A stretch of 64,000 nt of DNA from an uncultured Bdellovibrionales bacterium (GTDB taxonomy: Bacteria; Patescibacteriota; Minisyncoccia; Moranbacterales; UBA1568): positions 22,792-86,791 of the forward strand of contig CAYLJX010000001.1 in assembly GCA_964384235.1 (NCBI GenBank). Reading direction: 5' to 3'. Shown piece by piece: positions 44,502 through 56,888 of this stretch. The notes beneath the pieces were generated by a model that worked only from the letters and a program-made list of their open reading frames with translations, was not told where the DNA came from and ran no database searches. The number at the start of each line of letters is the position of its first letter. The first letter of the stretch is position 1. The translations under genes and the position numbers were made by a program.

Positions 44502-45293
44502 ATGCTCCTGATCACCTTCTTTATCTTCGGGCTCATCGTCGGGAGCTTTCTCAATGTCGTGATCATACGGTTGGAAACCGCTGAGACGCTTCTGGGACGG
44601 TCCTTTTGTCGTCACTGCAAGAGGCAGATCGCCTGGTATGACAACATCCCGCTCCTGTCCTTCGTGCTCCTTCGCGGGGAGTGTCGAGGTTGCGAGACCA
44701 AGATTTCGTGGCAGTATCCGATCGTAGAGTTCCTGACGGGTGTCACGTTTCTCCTCATCGCTTCCCTATTCATCGTTCCTGGGTCGCTTGCGAGCTACTA
44801 CGAGACGGTCTGGCTTATCGGTCTCGTCTCGGCGCTCATCGTGATCGGCGCATATGACTTCCGTACCATGGAGATACCGGTGAGCGCCCTGTATTTCGCG
44901 GCGCTCTGGACCGGATGGTGGCTCGTCGTGCTCGAGGGGGACCTCGTCTGGATGGATTTCTTCGCCTCGCGTCTGGGGGAAGGTTTTATCGGGGCGGTGC
45001 TCATCGGCGGACTCTTCTTCGCGCTCGTGTTCTTTTCCAAGGAAACCTGGATGGGGTGGGGTGACGTGTGGCTCGGAGCCGTCGCCGGATTGGTGGTCGG
45101 ATGGAAGCTCGCTCTGCCCTTTTTGACCTTGTCTTTCGGTGCCGGCGCGCTCTTCGGTCTCTTGCTTCTTCTCAAGCACAAGAAACATCTCAAGAGCCCC
45201 ATCCCGTTCGGGCCATTCCTTTGTCTCGGGACAATTGGTATACTGATACTGGAAAAAACAATACCGAATTTTCATGCGTACTTCCTTTTCTAG
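44502..45293 (+). CDS. pilD: prepilin peptidase PilD (A24 family)
   Basis: N-terminal CxxC...CxxC zinc motif (CRHCKR...CRGCE) and a TM core. Confidence 0.9.
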   Translation: MLLITFFIFGLIVGSFLNVVIIRLETAETLLGRSFCRHCKRQIAWYDNIPLLSFVLLRGECRGCETKISWQYPIVEFLTGVTFLLIASLFIVPGSLASYYETVWLIGLVSALIVIGAYDFRTMEIPVSALYFAALWTGWWLVVLEGDLVWMDFFASRLGEGFIGAVLIGGLFFALVFFSKETWMGWGDVWLGAVAGLVVGWKLALPFLTLSFGAGALFGLLLLLKHKKHLKSPIPFGPFLCLGTIGILILEKTIPNFHAYFLF

Positions 45294-45810
45294 ATGCCGG
45301 GCTATTCGGAGGGATCCCGCGGGCATGACTCTCATCGAGCTCTTGGTCGCCATGGCGATCGTCGTCATCGGGGCGAGCATCATGATCGTGTCTCTGTCCG
45401 GAGCCCGTACCACACGGGCATTGGAGGGGGCCACACTCCAGATTTCATCCGCTATCCGCGAGGCACAAAACAACGCGCTCACCGGCAAGTTCAGCACGTC
45501 GTCCAATACCGTGTGCCGGCACCGCGTGTGGATCGTCGAGGGCGAGAGCGTCGTACATACTTCTATCGTGTCCGGATCCGGCTGTGCCACGGAGACTGCT
45601 CGGCAGTACGACTTATCAAACGGCGTGAAGGCTGCCAACTCGCAGGCGCTTTTCTTCACGCTTCCGCACGCCCGTGTTTTCGATGGTTCCGGCACCGAGC
45701 TTACGAGCGGTCGGATCGACCTGCAGATTTCCAAGGAATCCCTCACATACCACGTCTGTGTCTATCCCGGCGGTCGGGTGGAGGAGGCGGGAGCGGCGGG
45801 GTGTCCATAG
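45274..45810 (+). CDS. minor pilin / pseudopilin (prepilin-type N-terminal domain)
   Basis: ...RRDPAG|MTLIELLVAMAIVVIGASIM. A long leader overlaps the pilD end. The alternative start at 45325 would leave no leader. Confidence 0.65.
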   Translation: MRTSFSRCRAIRRDPAGMTLIELLVAMAIVVIGASIMIVSLSGARTTRALEGATLQISSAIREAQNNALTGKFSTSSNTVCRHRVWIVEGESVVHTSIVSGSGCATETARQYDLSNGVKAANSQALFFTLPHARVFDGSGTELTSGRIDLQISKESLTYHVCVYPGGRVEEAGAAGCP

Positions 45811-45816
45811 TCCGAT

Positions 45817-46395
45817 ATGATCTCAAAACAGACAAAAAAACAACAACCGGGACTGAAGGGCTTTTCAATCGGAGAGACGCTTCTCTCTATCACGATATTG
45901 ACGGTCGGGATCCTCGCGACCATGCAGCTTCTGGTGGGCAACATGCGGGATGCTCAGCTCAGTCGCGATATCGTCATCGCTTCCGGACTGGTCCAGGAGG
46001 GTATCGAACTGGTGCGCAATGTCCGTGACAACGATTTCGCTGACGGAGGGGACGGATTCACGTTCGCTCGGACAGGATTCATGGCCGGTTGGAGTCATTG
46101 CCGTATCCAGTACGACGACACGCGGGTCACCTGTCTTCCTGTCAGGGCCTCCGACAATCAGTACGAGCTGGGATTCGATGGAAACGGATTCTATCGTCAC
46201 AACGGCGGTACGGATACCAAATTCAAGCGCTACATCTATATCAATCAACAGACACCGGCGGCGGGACCGTATGCTGACGTCATAAGCTTTGTCTATTGGG
46301 GAACATTCACTCCACCGAGCGACGGGACAGTAGGGAACTGCACTCTCGTCAACCGCTGTATCTTTTCCCGTGACCGTCTGACAAGTTGGAAATGA
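45817..46395 (+). CDS. pseudopilin
   Basis: ...PGLKG|FSIGETLLSITILTVGILA signal. Confidence 0.65.
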   Translation: MISKQTKKQQPGLKGFSIGETLLSITILTVGILATMQLLVGNMRDAQLSRDIVIASGLVQEGIELVRNVRDNDFADGGDGFTFARTGFMAGWSHCRIQYDDTRVTCLPVRASDNQYELGFDGNGFYRHNGGTDTKFKRYIYINQQTPAAGPYADVISFVYWGTFTPPSDGTVGNCTLVNRCIFSRDRLTSWK

Positions 46396-46979
46396 TCTAT
46401 CTCGCTATGCGATCGAAGAATACAAAAAAAGGGTTCACTCTCATCGAAGTCGTTGTTACCATGGCCATTTTCGGTATCATGATGGTGGCTCTTTCCGGTA
46501 TCTTCGTTTCCTTGTTCTCGGCCTACAAGGATTCCAAGGCCCTGACGCGCGATATCGAGACGGCGGAACATGCGCTCAATATCATGGGGAAAGAATTGCG
46601 GACCAGCACGATCGTCTGTGCCAACGGTTCCACCTGTCCGGTCACGGCTCCGCAGAACGCTACGGATGTGATTTTTTTCGACCAATCGCAGAGCCGTTGT
46701 CTGCGCTACCGTATCGCCGGGAATGCCCTGGTCAAGGGTGTGAGCGGCGTGACGACGCTTGCGAGCTGCACATCAGGGACGACGTTCAGCTCGGAGGAAC
46801 TTACCACGGGCTCTGTCACTGGGAACTTTTATCTCGTCTCGTCCGGATCCGGTGCCTCATCGCAGGTGGGAAGGTTCACGGCTACGTTGGAAATCAGTCG
46901 TAACGCGACTTCGACCATGAAGGAACGGGTGCAGACGTCCGTCTCGCTCCGTGATTACAGCCGGTCGATCCTCCCGTGA
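46386..46979 (+). CDS. pseudopilin
   Basis: ...KNTKKG|FTLIEVVVTMAIFGIMM signal. Confidence 0.65.
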   Translation: MEMIYLAMRSKNTKKGFTLIEVVVTMAIFGIMMVALSGIFVSLFSAYKDSKALTRDIETAEHALNIMGKELRTSTIVCANGSTCPVTAPQNATDVIFFDQSQSRCLRYRIAGNALVKGVSGVTTLASCTSGTTFSSEELTTGSVTGNFYLVSSGSGASSQVGRFTATLEISRNATSTMKERVQTSVSLRDYSRSILP

Positions 46980-47039
46980 GGAATTGTGAATTTCGCAGTA
47001 TATGGTATTCTTTAAGGAGAAGGTAAAATCATATTTTCT

Positions 47040-47681
47040 ATGAAAAACAAAAAAGCCTCGGTCCTGGTCTATTCGCTCATCATTCTCTCCATCGCGCTCA
47101 TTTCGGCGCTCTCCATCAGTGCGGTGACCTTGAGTAATCGCAAGAGCTCGCTCTCTACCTCCAAGTCGACGCAGTCGTTCCAGATCGCCGATACCGGAGT
47201 GGAACTCGTTCTCCGGGAAATCTACAAGGGGAGCCATACGGATCTCGAAAGCCTCGCGAGCGCGATCAGCGCGAATTGTGATAATGGAGTCATAACGGGA
47301 ACGTATGGAGGCAATACGTACCGGGTGACCTTTCTCAATGCGGCCGGCACGCAGCTCAGTAATTGTGGTGCGGCGACCTGGCGCGACGAGGTGGCAAGCA
47401 TCAAGTCCGAAGGGATCGCTGGCAACACCTCGCGCGTCATCGAGACCGCCATCGCCGCGGCGGGGGGGAGCGGAATAGCAGGTGGGTGCACGGTGTGTTA
47501 TAACAATTGCAGCAGTTATTCCGTTCCCTTTGGAAATATTGACGGTCGCTGGGGAGTCGGTTGTAAAACGAGTGGTGTCAGTTCGGCAGGGAACTGTTCA
47601 GGAGCAAATGATACGGGATACTCATGCGGCATAGCGTCGAGAACATCGGATTTGAATTTCTGTATGTGTGTTTCGAACTGA
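47040..47681 (+). CDS. pilus-associated hypothetical protein (PilX-like?)
   Basis: N-terminal hydrophobic segment (VLVYSLIILSIALISALSISAV) and a Cys-rich C-terminal part. Last gene of the pilin set. Confidence 0.45.
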   Translation: MKNKKASVLVYSLIILSIALISALSISAVTLSNRKSSLSTSKSTQSFQIADTGVELVLREIYKGSHTDLESLASAISANCDNGVITGTYGGNTYRVTFLNAAGTQLSNCGAATWRDEVASIKSEGIAGNTSRVIETAIAAAGGSGIAGGCTVCYNNCSSYSVPFGNIDGRWGVGCKTSGVSSAGNCSGANDTGYSCGIASRTSDLNFCMCVSN

Positions 47682-47703
47682 TATTTTTTCGATAAGGTCT
47701 TTG

Positions 47704-49882
<2,179 letters not shown>

Positions 49883-49885
49883 AGT

Positions 49886-50173
49886 ATGTTGAGTGAAGAC
49901 GAAGTGAAACATATCGCCCTCCTGGCCCGTGTCGGGCTCAAGGACGAGGAAATCCCGAAGTATCAGAAAGATCTGTCGGCGGTTTTGGATTTCTTCGAGG
50001 AACTGAAACGTCTGCCTACGGACGATGTCGAGCCGATCGGCCATATTACCGGAATGACAGGTGTTGGCCGGACCGACCGTCACGAAGAGTTCAACCCGGG
50101 AGGCAAGGAGACTTTGAAAAAGAATTTTCCGGACAGTAAGGATGGGTTTCTCAAGGTAAAGTCTGTGTTTTGA
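49886..50173 (+). CDS. gatC: Asp/Glu-tRNA amidotransferase subunit C
   Basis: 95 aa. VKHIALLARVGLKDEE...LDFFEEL is classic GatC. Confidence 0.9.
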   Translation: MLSEDEVKHIALLARVGLKDEEIPKYQKDLSAVLDFFEELKRLPTDDVEPIGHITGMTGVGRTDRHEEFNPGGKETLKKNFPDSKDGFLKVKSVF

Positions 50174-51666
50174 CTTTTTGTGAAAATGAAAAACAATTGT
50201 ACTTTTCTATGATAAGAGGGCTGCACGACAAATTACTGAACGGAGAAACGACTGCGGTCGCGTTGACGGAACGGTATCTCCAGGCTATCGGGGAGAAGGA
50301 TCCGGATCTTCTCGCGTATCTCACCGTTACCAAGGAGTCCGCTCTGGAGCAGGCCTCGTTCGTCGACGAGCAGCTGAAGCGCGGCGAGCCGATCGATCTG
50401 CTTGCGGGCATCCCGGGCGCCATCAAGGACAATATCTGTGTCGCTGGCGTGCGTGCGACGGCTTCTTCCAAGATCCTCGACAACTACATCGCTCCGTATG
50501 ATGCGACGGTCATCGAGAGACTGAAGTCCGTCGGCGGGGTCTTCCTGGGCAAGACCAACATGGACGAGTTCGCCATGGGATCGTCCACGGAATCGAGCGC
50601 TTATCAGAAGACGAAAAATCCCATCGACACCGATCGTGTTCCGGGCGGATCGTCTGGCGGTTCGGCCGTGGCTGTGGCGGGGGATATGGCGGTGTGGTCC
50701 CTGGGATCGGATACGGGCGGTTCCATCCGTCAGCCTGCATCCTTTTGCGGCGTGGTGGGACTCAAGCCCACCTATGGACGGGTATCGCGTTACGGTCTCA
50801 TGGCCATGGCATCGAGTCTCGATCAGATCGGTCCCTTCGGCAAGAGTGTCGAGGACGTCGCAATCGTCTTTTCCCGGATCAGCGGTCCTGATCCCTCTGA
50901 TGTGACCACCGCTTCGGGAGGTATCGGGAAACCGTTCGAGGAATATCTCACCGGCGAGGTGGCCGGTTTGACGGTCGGTGTCCCGGAGGAATATTTTTCC
51001 AAGGATCTCGACGAACGGGTGAGGACGCTGGCCGAGGCCGCTCTGGATCGTTTCAAGTCTCTCGGTATGACCGTGAAGCCGATCAAACTCCCGCACAGCT
51101 CCTACGCGCTCCCGGTCTACTATATCCTCATGCCGTCGGAAGTGAGTTCCAACCTGGCGCGCTTCGATGGGATCAAGTACGGGCTTTCGGTGAATGACCA
51201 GCAGGATTCCGCAAAAGGAACGAGCGGTCTTCTGGAGACCTATCTCGACACGCGGCGCATCGGTTTCGGTCCGGAGGTCAAGCGCCGCATCATGCTCGGT
51301 ACCTATGCGCTTTCCTCGGGCTACTACGATGCCTATTATCGCAAGGCGCAGAAGGTGCGTGCGCTCATCCGGAAAGATTTCGAGGAAGCGTTCAAGGAGG
51401 TCGATCTCATTTTCTCGCCGACGACACCCGAGGCCGCTTTCCGTTTCGGGGCCAAGACCGACGATCCGCTCAGGATGTACCTCTCCGACATCTATACCGT
51501 GACAGCCAACCTCGCCGGTGTGCCCGCGATCTCCTTTCCGATGGGAACGATCGAAGAGGAAGGGAAACGATTGCCGGTCGGAGGGCAGCTCATGGGTAAG
51601 TGGTTTGATGAGGAGACGATGTTGTGCGCGGCGGACGCACTTGAAAAGAGCATCGGAAAACAGTGA
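50170..51666 (+). CDS. gatA: Asp/Glu-tRNA amidotransferase subunit A (amidase)
   Basis: Amidase signature GGSSGGSAVAVA with Ser-cisSer-Lys triad context. Confidence 0.95.
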   Translation: MTFCENEKQLYFSMIRGLHDKLLNGETTAVALTERYLQAIGEKDPDLLAYLTVTKESALEQASFVDEQLKRGEPIDLLAGIPGAIKDNICVAGVRATASSKILDNYIAPYDATVIERLKSVGGVFLGKTNMDEFAMGSSTESSAYQKTKNPIDTDRVPGGSSGGSAVAVAGDMAVWSLGSDTGGSIRQPASFCGVVGLKPTYGRVSRYGLMAMASSLDQIGPFGKSVEDVAIVFSRISGPDPSDVTTASGGIGKPFEEYLTGEVAGLTVGVPEEYFSKDLDERVRTLAEAALDRFKSLGMTVKPIKLPHSSYALPVYYILMPSEVSSNLARFDGIKYGLSVNDQQDSAKGTSGLLETYLDTRRIGFGPEVKRRIMLGTYALSSGYYDAYYRKAQKVRALIRKDFEEAFKEVDLIFSPTTPEAAFRFGAKTDDPLRMYLSDIYTVTANLAGVPAISFPMGTIEEEGKRLPVGGQLMGKWFDEETMLCAADALEKSIGKQ

Positions 51667-51673
51667 TACAAAA

Positions 51674-52204
51674 ATGGAAATCGATTTTCTCAATCTCGTT
51701 TTCGGGGGAGGGCAGGACGTGGCGGAGTTTTTCTCCTCGTCGTTCCTGGTCGCAGCGCTCAAGTTCTTTTTCTTCGTCTATGTCGCGGTGCTCTTTGTCG
51801 ATATCGTGCTCCTCTTGATATTGCGGGGTCTCGGGATGGATCTCAAGAAGGTCCTCTATGGTACGGAGCGGCCGATCATCAGTCGGACGTCCTCGATCAA
51901 TCGCTGGGAAAAGATCCTCTCGCGCCTGGAAAGTCACAACGCTTCCCAGTACAAGGTGGCCGTCCTGGAGGCGGATGCCTGGGCGGAGGAACTCCTCGGC
52001 GGTATCGGATACAAGGGTGCGACGATGTCGGAACGCTTGGAGCAGGTCCGGGCCGGCCAGCTCGAGACCAAGGATATCCTCGCGGAGGCGCATGCCGTGC
52101 GCAATCGCATCGTCCATCAAAAAGATTTCGTTCTTTCCCGCGAGGAGGCGGAACGAAGTCTTATGGAATACAAGAAGTTTTTCGACGAATTGGAGCTGTT
52201 TTAA
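51674..52204 (+). CDS. hypothetical small membrane protein
   Basis: ATG at 51674 (MEIDFLN...); the tracked ORF start at 51518 would overlap gatA. N-terminal TM (LKFFFFVYVAVLFVDIVLLLIL). Confidence 0.45.
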   Translation: MEIDFLNLVFGGGQDVAEFFSSSFLVAALKFFFFVYVAVLFVDIVLLLILRGLGMDLKKVLYGTERPIISRTSSINRWEKILSRLESHNASQYKVAVLEADAWAEELLGGIGYKGATMSERLEQVRAGQLETKDILAEAHAVRNRIVHQKDFVLSREEAERSLMEYKKFFDELELF

Positions 52205-52243
52205 CCGGTTGACAGGTGGACGTATTTCTGATACGCTGATTCT

Positions 52244-52267
52244 ACAAAGCCCTCGGGGCTTTTTTTA
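52244..52267 (+). terminator. intrinsic terminator
   Basis: AAAGCCC-tcg-GGGCTTT followed by TTTT. Confidence 0.45.
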
Positions 52268-52291
52268 GACCAAGAAATACAGACGGAAAAT

Positions 52292-52480
52292 ATGAACAGC
52301 GTGCTGACATTTTTGCGTGAGGCCAAAGTCGAGCTCCTGCGTGTTAATTGGCCCTCCCGCAAGCAGATTACGCAGTATACGGTCCTCGTCATCGTGATCA
52401 GTCTGGCGACGGCTTTGTTTCTCGGAGGACTGGATTATCTGTTCAGCTTTCTCGTCGAGCGGTATCTGCTCGTGTACTAA
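52292..52480 (+). CDS. secE: preprotein translocase subunit SecE
   Basis: 62 aa with a single TM. Immediately upstream of nusG (conserved synteny). Confidence 0.8.
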   Translation: MNSVLTFLREAKVELLRVNWPSRKQITQYTVLVIVISLATALFLGGLDYLFSFLVERYLLVY

Positions 52481-52508
52481 ACGTAACTCATTTTCTTACT
52501 CATTATTT

Positions 52509-53054
52509 ATGGCCAAGCAGACCCAACACCACGGACGCGCCTGGTACGTGCTCCACACCTATTCCGGTTACGAGGACAACGTCTCGCGCAACCTCAAGCA
52601 GCGTATCGAGTCGATGGATATGCAGGATCATATCTTCGACGTGCTCGTTCCCAAGGAGAAGAAGATCAAGATCAAGGGCGGCAAGCGCGTGGTGGTGGAG
52701 GAGCGCATCTATCCCGGCTATGTCCTCGTGGATATGGTCGTGACGGACGCCTCCTGGTACGTGGTGCGCAACACTCCGAACGTCACCGGCTTCATCGGCC
52801 TTGGTACCACGCCGACCCCGATCGATCCCAAGGAGATCGAGACGCTCAAGAAGCGCATGGGTGTGGCTGAGCCGAAGTACAAGATCGACGTGCGTGTGAA
52901 TGACGCGATCAAGATCGTCGACGGACCCTTCAAGAATTTCGATGGCAAGATCCAGGAAGTGGACGAGGAGAAAGGCAAGATCAAGGTGCTCGTGTCCATT
53001 TTCGGTCGCGAGACTCCCGTAGAGTTGGACTTTTTGCAGGTGAAAAAAGTATAA
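52509..53054 (+). CDS. nusG: transcription termination/antitermination factor NusG
   Basis: NGN domain (WYVLHTYSGYE) and a C-terminal KOW domain. Confidence 0.9.
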   Translation: MAKQTQHHGRAWYVLHTYSGYEDNVSRNLKQRIESMDMQDHIFDVLVPKEKKIKIKGGKRVVVEERIYPGYVLVDMVVTDASWYVVRNTPNVTGFIGLGTTPTPIDPKEIETLKKRMGVAEPKYKIDVRVNDAIKIVDGPFKNFDGKIQEVDEEKGKIKVLVSIFGRETPVELDFLQVKKV

Positions 53055-53117
53055 GGTATTTAACGAACAAGCGGGTGGCGTTTATCGCAGCTTCTCATCC
53101 CGCTTCAAGAAACGTTT

Positions 53118-53543
53118 ATGGCGAAGGCAATCAAGACCGTTATCAAATTGCAGATTCCGGCGGGAAAGGCCAATCCGGCCCCTCCGGTCGGTCCGGCTCT
53201 CGGTCAGCACGGTCTCAACATCCAGGACTTCTGCACGAAGTTCAACGAGGCGAGCAAGGACCGCATGGGGGACATCGTCCCGGCGGAAATCACTGTCTAC
53301 GAGGACCGTACGTTCACGTTCGTCCTTAAGACTTCTCCGGCCTCCGACCTTCTCAAGAAGGCGGCCGGCATCGCCAAGGCCGCAGCCAATCCGCTCAAGG
53401 ACAAGGCCGGTCAGGTGACCAAGGCACAGGTGCGCGAGATCGCCGAGAAGAAGATGGCCGACCTCAACGCCAACGACGTGGACGCCGCGATGAAGATCAT
53501 CGAAGGCTCCGCCCGCTCGATGGGGATAAAGGTGACTAAATAA
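53118..53543 (+). CDS. rplK: 50S ribosomal protein L11
   Basis: [23 protein letters not shown] is the L11 signature. Confidence 0.95.
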   Translation: MAKAIKTVIKLQIPAGKANPAPPVGPALGQHGLNIQDFCTKFNEASKDRMGDIVPAEITVYEDRTFTFVLKTSPASDLLKKAAGIAKAAANPLKDKAGQVTKAQVREIAEKKMADLNANDVDAAMKIIEGSARSMGIKVTK

Positions 53544-53653
53544 AGCGTAGCGTATTCAGTCATCCCGGGCTCGACCCGGGATCCAGTCAGATTTATTCAT
53601 TAATTTGTGGGACTCTGAGCATAGTCGAAGAGGTTTGTACCACGAACAACCAT

Positions 53654-54343
53654 ATGAAGCACGGAAAGAACTACCGCAACGTAGCGGAGAAGCTTACGGA
53701 GGAAAAGGAATATACCCCTGAGGAGGCGTTCGCTTTCCTCAAGGAGAACAAGGCCGCCAAGTTCGACGAGTCGGTCGAGGTGCACGTCCGCCTCGGCATC
53801 AACGCCAAGAAGACCGACGAGATGGTGCGTGCCACAGTGGCGTTGCCGCACGGGACCGGCCGTTCCAAGAAGGTCGCTGTCGTGACAAGCACCAAGGAAA
53901 AGGAAGCGACTGACGCCAAGGCGGATCTCGTCGGCGGACAGGAGCTCATCGACGACATCAAGAACGGCAAGACGGTACCGGGTGTGGCTTTCGACGTCCT
54001 TCTCGCGACGCCGGAGATGATGCCCAAGCTCGCGGTCGTCGCCAAAGTCCTCGGACCCAAGGGTATGATGCCCTCGCCCAAGACCGAGACCGTGACGGTC
54101 AAGATCACCGAGGCGGTCGAGATGCTCAAGCTCGGAAAGAAGGTCAGCTTCAAGAATGACGACTCGGGAAACGTCCATCAGGTCATCGGCAAGCTCTCTT
54201 TCGCTCCTGAAGCGCTTCTTGAGAACTACCGCGTCTTCCGCGAGACTCTCGACAAATCCAAGCCGGAGGCCATGAAGGGCAAGCTCATCCGCTCCATCAC
54301 GGTCTGCACCACGATGGGCCCCAGCCTCATGGTCAAAATCTAG
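53654..54343 (+). CDS. rplA: 50S ribosomal protein L1
   Basis: 229 aa with the L1 fold motifs (FDESVEVHVRLGI...). Confidence 0.95.
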   Translation: MKHGKNYRNVAEKLTEEKEYTPEEAFAFLKENKAAKFDESVEVHVRLGINAKKTDEMVRATVALPHGTGRSKKVAVVTSTKEKEATDAKADLVGGQELIDDIKNGKTVPGVAFDVLLATPEMMPKLAVVAKVLGPKGMMPSPKTETVTVKITEAVEMLKLGKKVSFKNDDSGNVHQVIGKLSFAPEALLENYRVFRETLDKSKPEAMKGKLIRSITVCTTMGPSLMVKI

Positions 54344-54354
54344 TCAAAAACATC

Positions 54355-54384
54355 AAAAAAGCCCCTTTGACGGGGCTTTTTTTG
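54355..54384 (+). terminator. intrinsic terminator after rplA
   Basis: AAAAGCCCC-tttgac-GGGGCTTTT followed by TTT. Confidence 0.7.
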
Positions 54385-54405
54385 TAGCGTAAAATGGAAT
54401 GTATG

Positions 54406-55086
54406 AACCACATAGAAATAGAAGTGAAGAGTCTTTTGGGAACGCAGGAGGCGGCGGATGTCCTCAAGGGAAAAATTCTTGCCGAGCCATACCAGGCTGT
54501 CTTGAAAGGCAGGAACGCCCAGCTCAATCACTACTTCGTCGGGGATACGGAGAAGCTTTTCGAGGTACTTGGTTCTCGTTTCGACGAGGAGAAGCGAAAG
54601 AAACTTGAACACATCCTCAAGGAAGGAAAGAATCATTCCATCCGGACACGTTCCTATCAGGACGGTTCACCGGTACTCCTGGTCGTGAAGGCGTCCATCG
54701 GGGACGATACGAGCGCCAATGGTGTCTCGCGGATCGAATTCGAAGAGCGGGTGGGGGGTCTCGATATCGCCGCGCTCGATCAGTTGCTCCTCGACGCGGG
54801 ACTTTCCTATCAGGCCAAGTGGTCGCGCGAGCGGGAAGAATACGCGCTTGCCGATGGGACGGTCGTCTGTCTCGACAAGAACGCCGGCTACGGTTACCTC
54901 GCGGAGTTCGAACGGATCGCCGAGGACGCGGCGGAGATAGCTTCGGTGCAGGAGAGCATCAGGGAACTGATGAACGGACTCGGTGTCGAAGAGCTCCCGC
55001 AGGACCGGCTCGAGCGGATGTTCGTCCACTACAACGCCCACTGGCCGGAGTATTATGGGACAGAGAAAATATTCGTCGTTGAGTAA
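54406..55086 (+). CDS. CYTH-domain protein (class IV adenylyl cyclase / triphosphatase family)
   Basis: Starts MNHIEIEVKSLL, matching the CYTH EiExKf opening, with downstream acidic clusters. Confidence 0.55.
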   Translation, partial: NHIEIEVKSLLGTQEAADVLKGKILAEPYQAVLKGRNAQLNHYFVGDTEKLFEVLGSRFDEEKRKKLEHILKEGKNHSIRTRSYQDGSPVLLVVKASIGDDTSANGVSRIEFEERVGGLDIAALDQLLLDAGLSYQAKWSREREEYALADGTVVCLDKNAGYGYLAEFERIAEDAAEIASVQESIRELMNGLGVEELPQDRLERMFVHYNAHWPEYYGTEKIFVVE

Positions 55087-55132
55087 CTTTTCTTTTTATC
55101 GGATTTTTCTACTGCCTACTGCCTAATGTCTA

Positions 55133-55759
55133 TTGACTTTTCACCCTATGTTTTTGTCTGATCACGATATCAAGCGGGCTGTCAAAGATGGATTGATTAC
55201 GATAAAAGGATTCGACGAGACTCGTCTCAATCCGGCGAGCTATGACGTCTGTCTCGGCAACAAGTTCATCATCACCGACCCGCACTCTATTGAGGCCATC
55301 GATCCTTCGAAAAAGGTTTTCCCCAAGACACGGGAAGTGGAGATCGCCGACGGGGAGATGTTCGTCCTTCATCCCGGTGCGATGGTCCTTGGAACGCTCA
55401 AGGACTACGTCGGGTCCGACGAGTACCTTATCCAGATTTCCGGGAAGAGCTCGCTCGCCCGTGTCGGGCTCGTCGTGCACAACACGGCCGGTATCATCAA
55501 TCCCGGACACTATCTCCACATCACCCTCGAACTCGCCAACTTCAACATCGTGCCGATCATCCTGCGTCCCGGGATGAAGATCGCCCAACTCACGTTTTCC
55601 CGGCTCTCCTCTCCGGTGGAGCGCAACTACACGCAGGTCGGCCGCTACAACGGCGACAACTGGAAGAAGAACTTCGCTTCCGAAAAGGAACAAAAGAAGG
55701 AACAGAAAAAGAAGCAGCAAGTAAAAAAGAAGAAGGCTGTCGTGAAAAAGAGGAAGTAG
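55133..55759 (+). CDS. dcd: dCTP deaminase with Lys/Glu-rich C-terminal extension
   Basis: LNPASYDVCLGNKFII...GLVVHNTAGIINPGH core. About 30-aa KKEQKKKQQVKKKK tail. Confidence 0.85.
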   Translation: MTFHPMFLSDHDIKRAVKDGLITIKGFDETRLNPASYDVCLGNKFIITDPHSIEAIDPSKKVFPKTREVEIADGEMFVLHPGAMVLGTLKDYVGSDEYLIQISGKSSLARVGLVVHNTAGIINPGHYLHITLELANFNIVPIILRPGMKIAQLTFSRLSSPVERNYTQVGRYNGDNWKKNFASEKEQKKEQKKKQQVKKKKAVVKKRK

Positions 55760-55849
55760 AGAAATATTTCTTGTCTTCATCGAACTCGTTAACGCGCCTG
55801 CCTGCCGGTAGGCAGGTTAACCTGTTAATCGACTAACACACTCATTCAT

Positions 55850-56884
55850 ATGGACAAGCGTCATCCGGAGTATCAGTACCTCGATTTGTTGCAGGATATT
55901 CTTGAGAACGGTTCGGACAAGGAAGTCTTCTTTACGCCCGAGGTGCGCAAGCAGTACGAGGAACGGGGATTGCAGCCACCCTTCATCCGTTCGGTGTTCG
56001 GACGATCGATGCGATTCGATCTCTCACAGGGGTTTCCTTTGCTTACGACGAAGAAGGTCTTCATCCGTGGTATCATCGTAGAGCTCCTGTGGTTTCTCAA
56101 GGGCGATACGAACATCAAGTTCCTCGTCGACAACGATGTGCACATCTGGGACGAGTGGGCCTGGAAACGTTACAACAAGCTTTGCGGTGCGAAAGGGTTG
56201 CCGGAAATGGCACAGGACGAATTCATCGCGAAGCTCAAGGAAGAACCGGTTGAGAGCGCTTTCGTGAAGGAGTGGGGAGACCTCATCATGGTCTACGGTC
56301 GGATGTGGCGGCGCTGGCCCGCGAGCGACGGCCGGGAAATCGACCAGCTTGCCTGGGTGATCGACGGTCTCAAGGAGCAGCCTTTCCGCAAATCCTACGT
56401 CGTCTCGGCCTGGAACCCGGATTTCATCTATGCCATGGCTTCCAAGGGGAATGCCAACGAGGTGCCGCCGTTCTGTCATACGACGTTCCAGTTTCAGGTG
56501 ACTGAGGGGAAGAAACTCAATCTCGCGCTTTTCCAGCGGAGCGCCGATTCCCTTCTTGGGGTACCCTTCAACATTGCCTCCTACGCGCTTCTTCTTAAGA
56601 TGGTGGCGCAGGTGACCGGTCTAGAAGAAGGGGAATTCGTTCACTTTTTCGGTGATGCGCACATCTATTCCAATCATTTCGACCAGGTGAAGGAACAGAT
56701 TTCCCGCGAGCCGCGACCGTTCCCCACGATGAAGCTCAACCCTGAGGTGAAAAACATCGACGACTTCACATACGAAGACTTTACCCTGGAAGGCTACGAC
56801 CCGCATCCGGCCATCAAGGCTGAGATCGCCAACATCGGTGGTTTCAACGTCAAGGACCCGAAACAGTTCACGCTCAAGAAGTAA
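55850..56884 (+). CDS. thyA: thymidylate synthase ThyA (long form)
   Basis: [15 protein letters not shown] motif and a PCH-containing active-site region ([10 protein letters not shown]). Confidence 0.9.
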   Translation: MDKRHPEYQYLDLLQDILENGSDKEVFFTPEVRKQYEERGLQPPFIRSVFGRSMRFDLSQGFPLLTTKKVFIRGIIVELLWFLKGDTNIKFLVDNDVHIWDEWAWKRYNKLCGAKGLPEMAQDEFIAKLKEEPVESAFVKEWGDLIMVYGRMWRRWPASDGREIDQLAWVIDGLKEQPFRKSYVVSAWNPDFIYAMASKGNANEVPPFCHTTFQFQVTEGKKLNLALFQRSADSLLGVPFNIASYALLLKMVAQVTGLEEGEFVHFFGDAHIYSNHFDQVKEQISREPRPFPTMKLNPEVKNIDDFTYEDFTLEGYDPHPAIKAEIANIGGFNVKDPKQFTLKK

Positions 56885-56888
56885 TATT

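Noticed and set aside
56838-56888. Upstream start for folA, and 51518 for the small membrane protein
   Set aside because: The extensions overlap the preceding genes (thyA, gatA). Conserved N-termini begin at 56889 and 51674.
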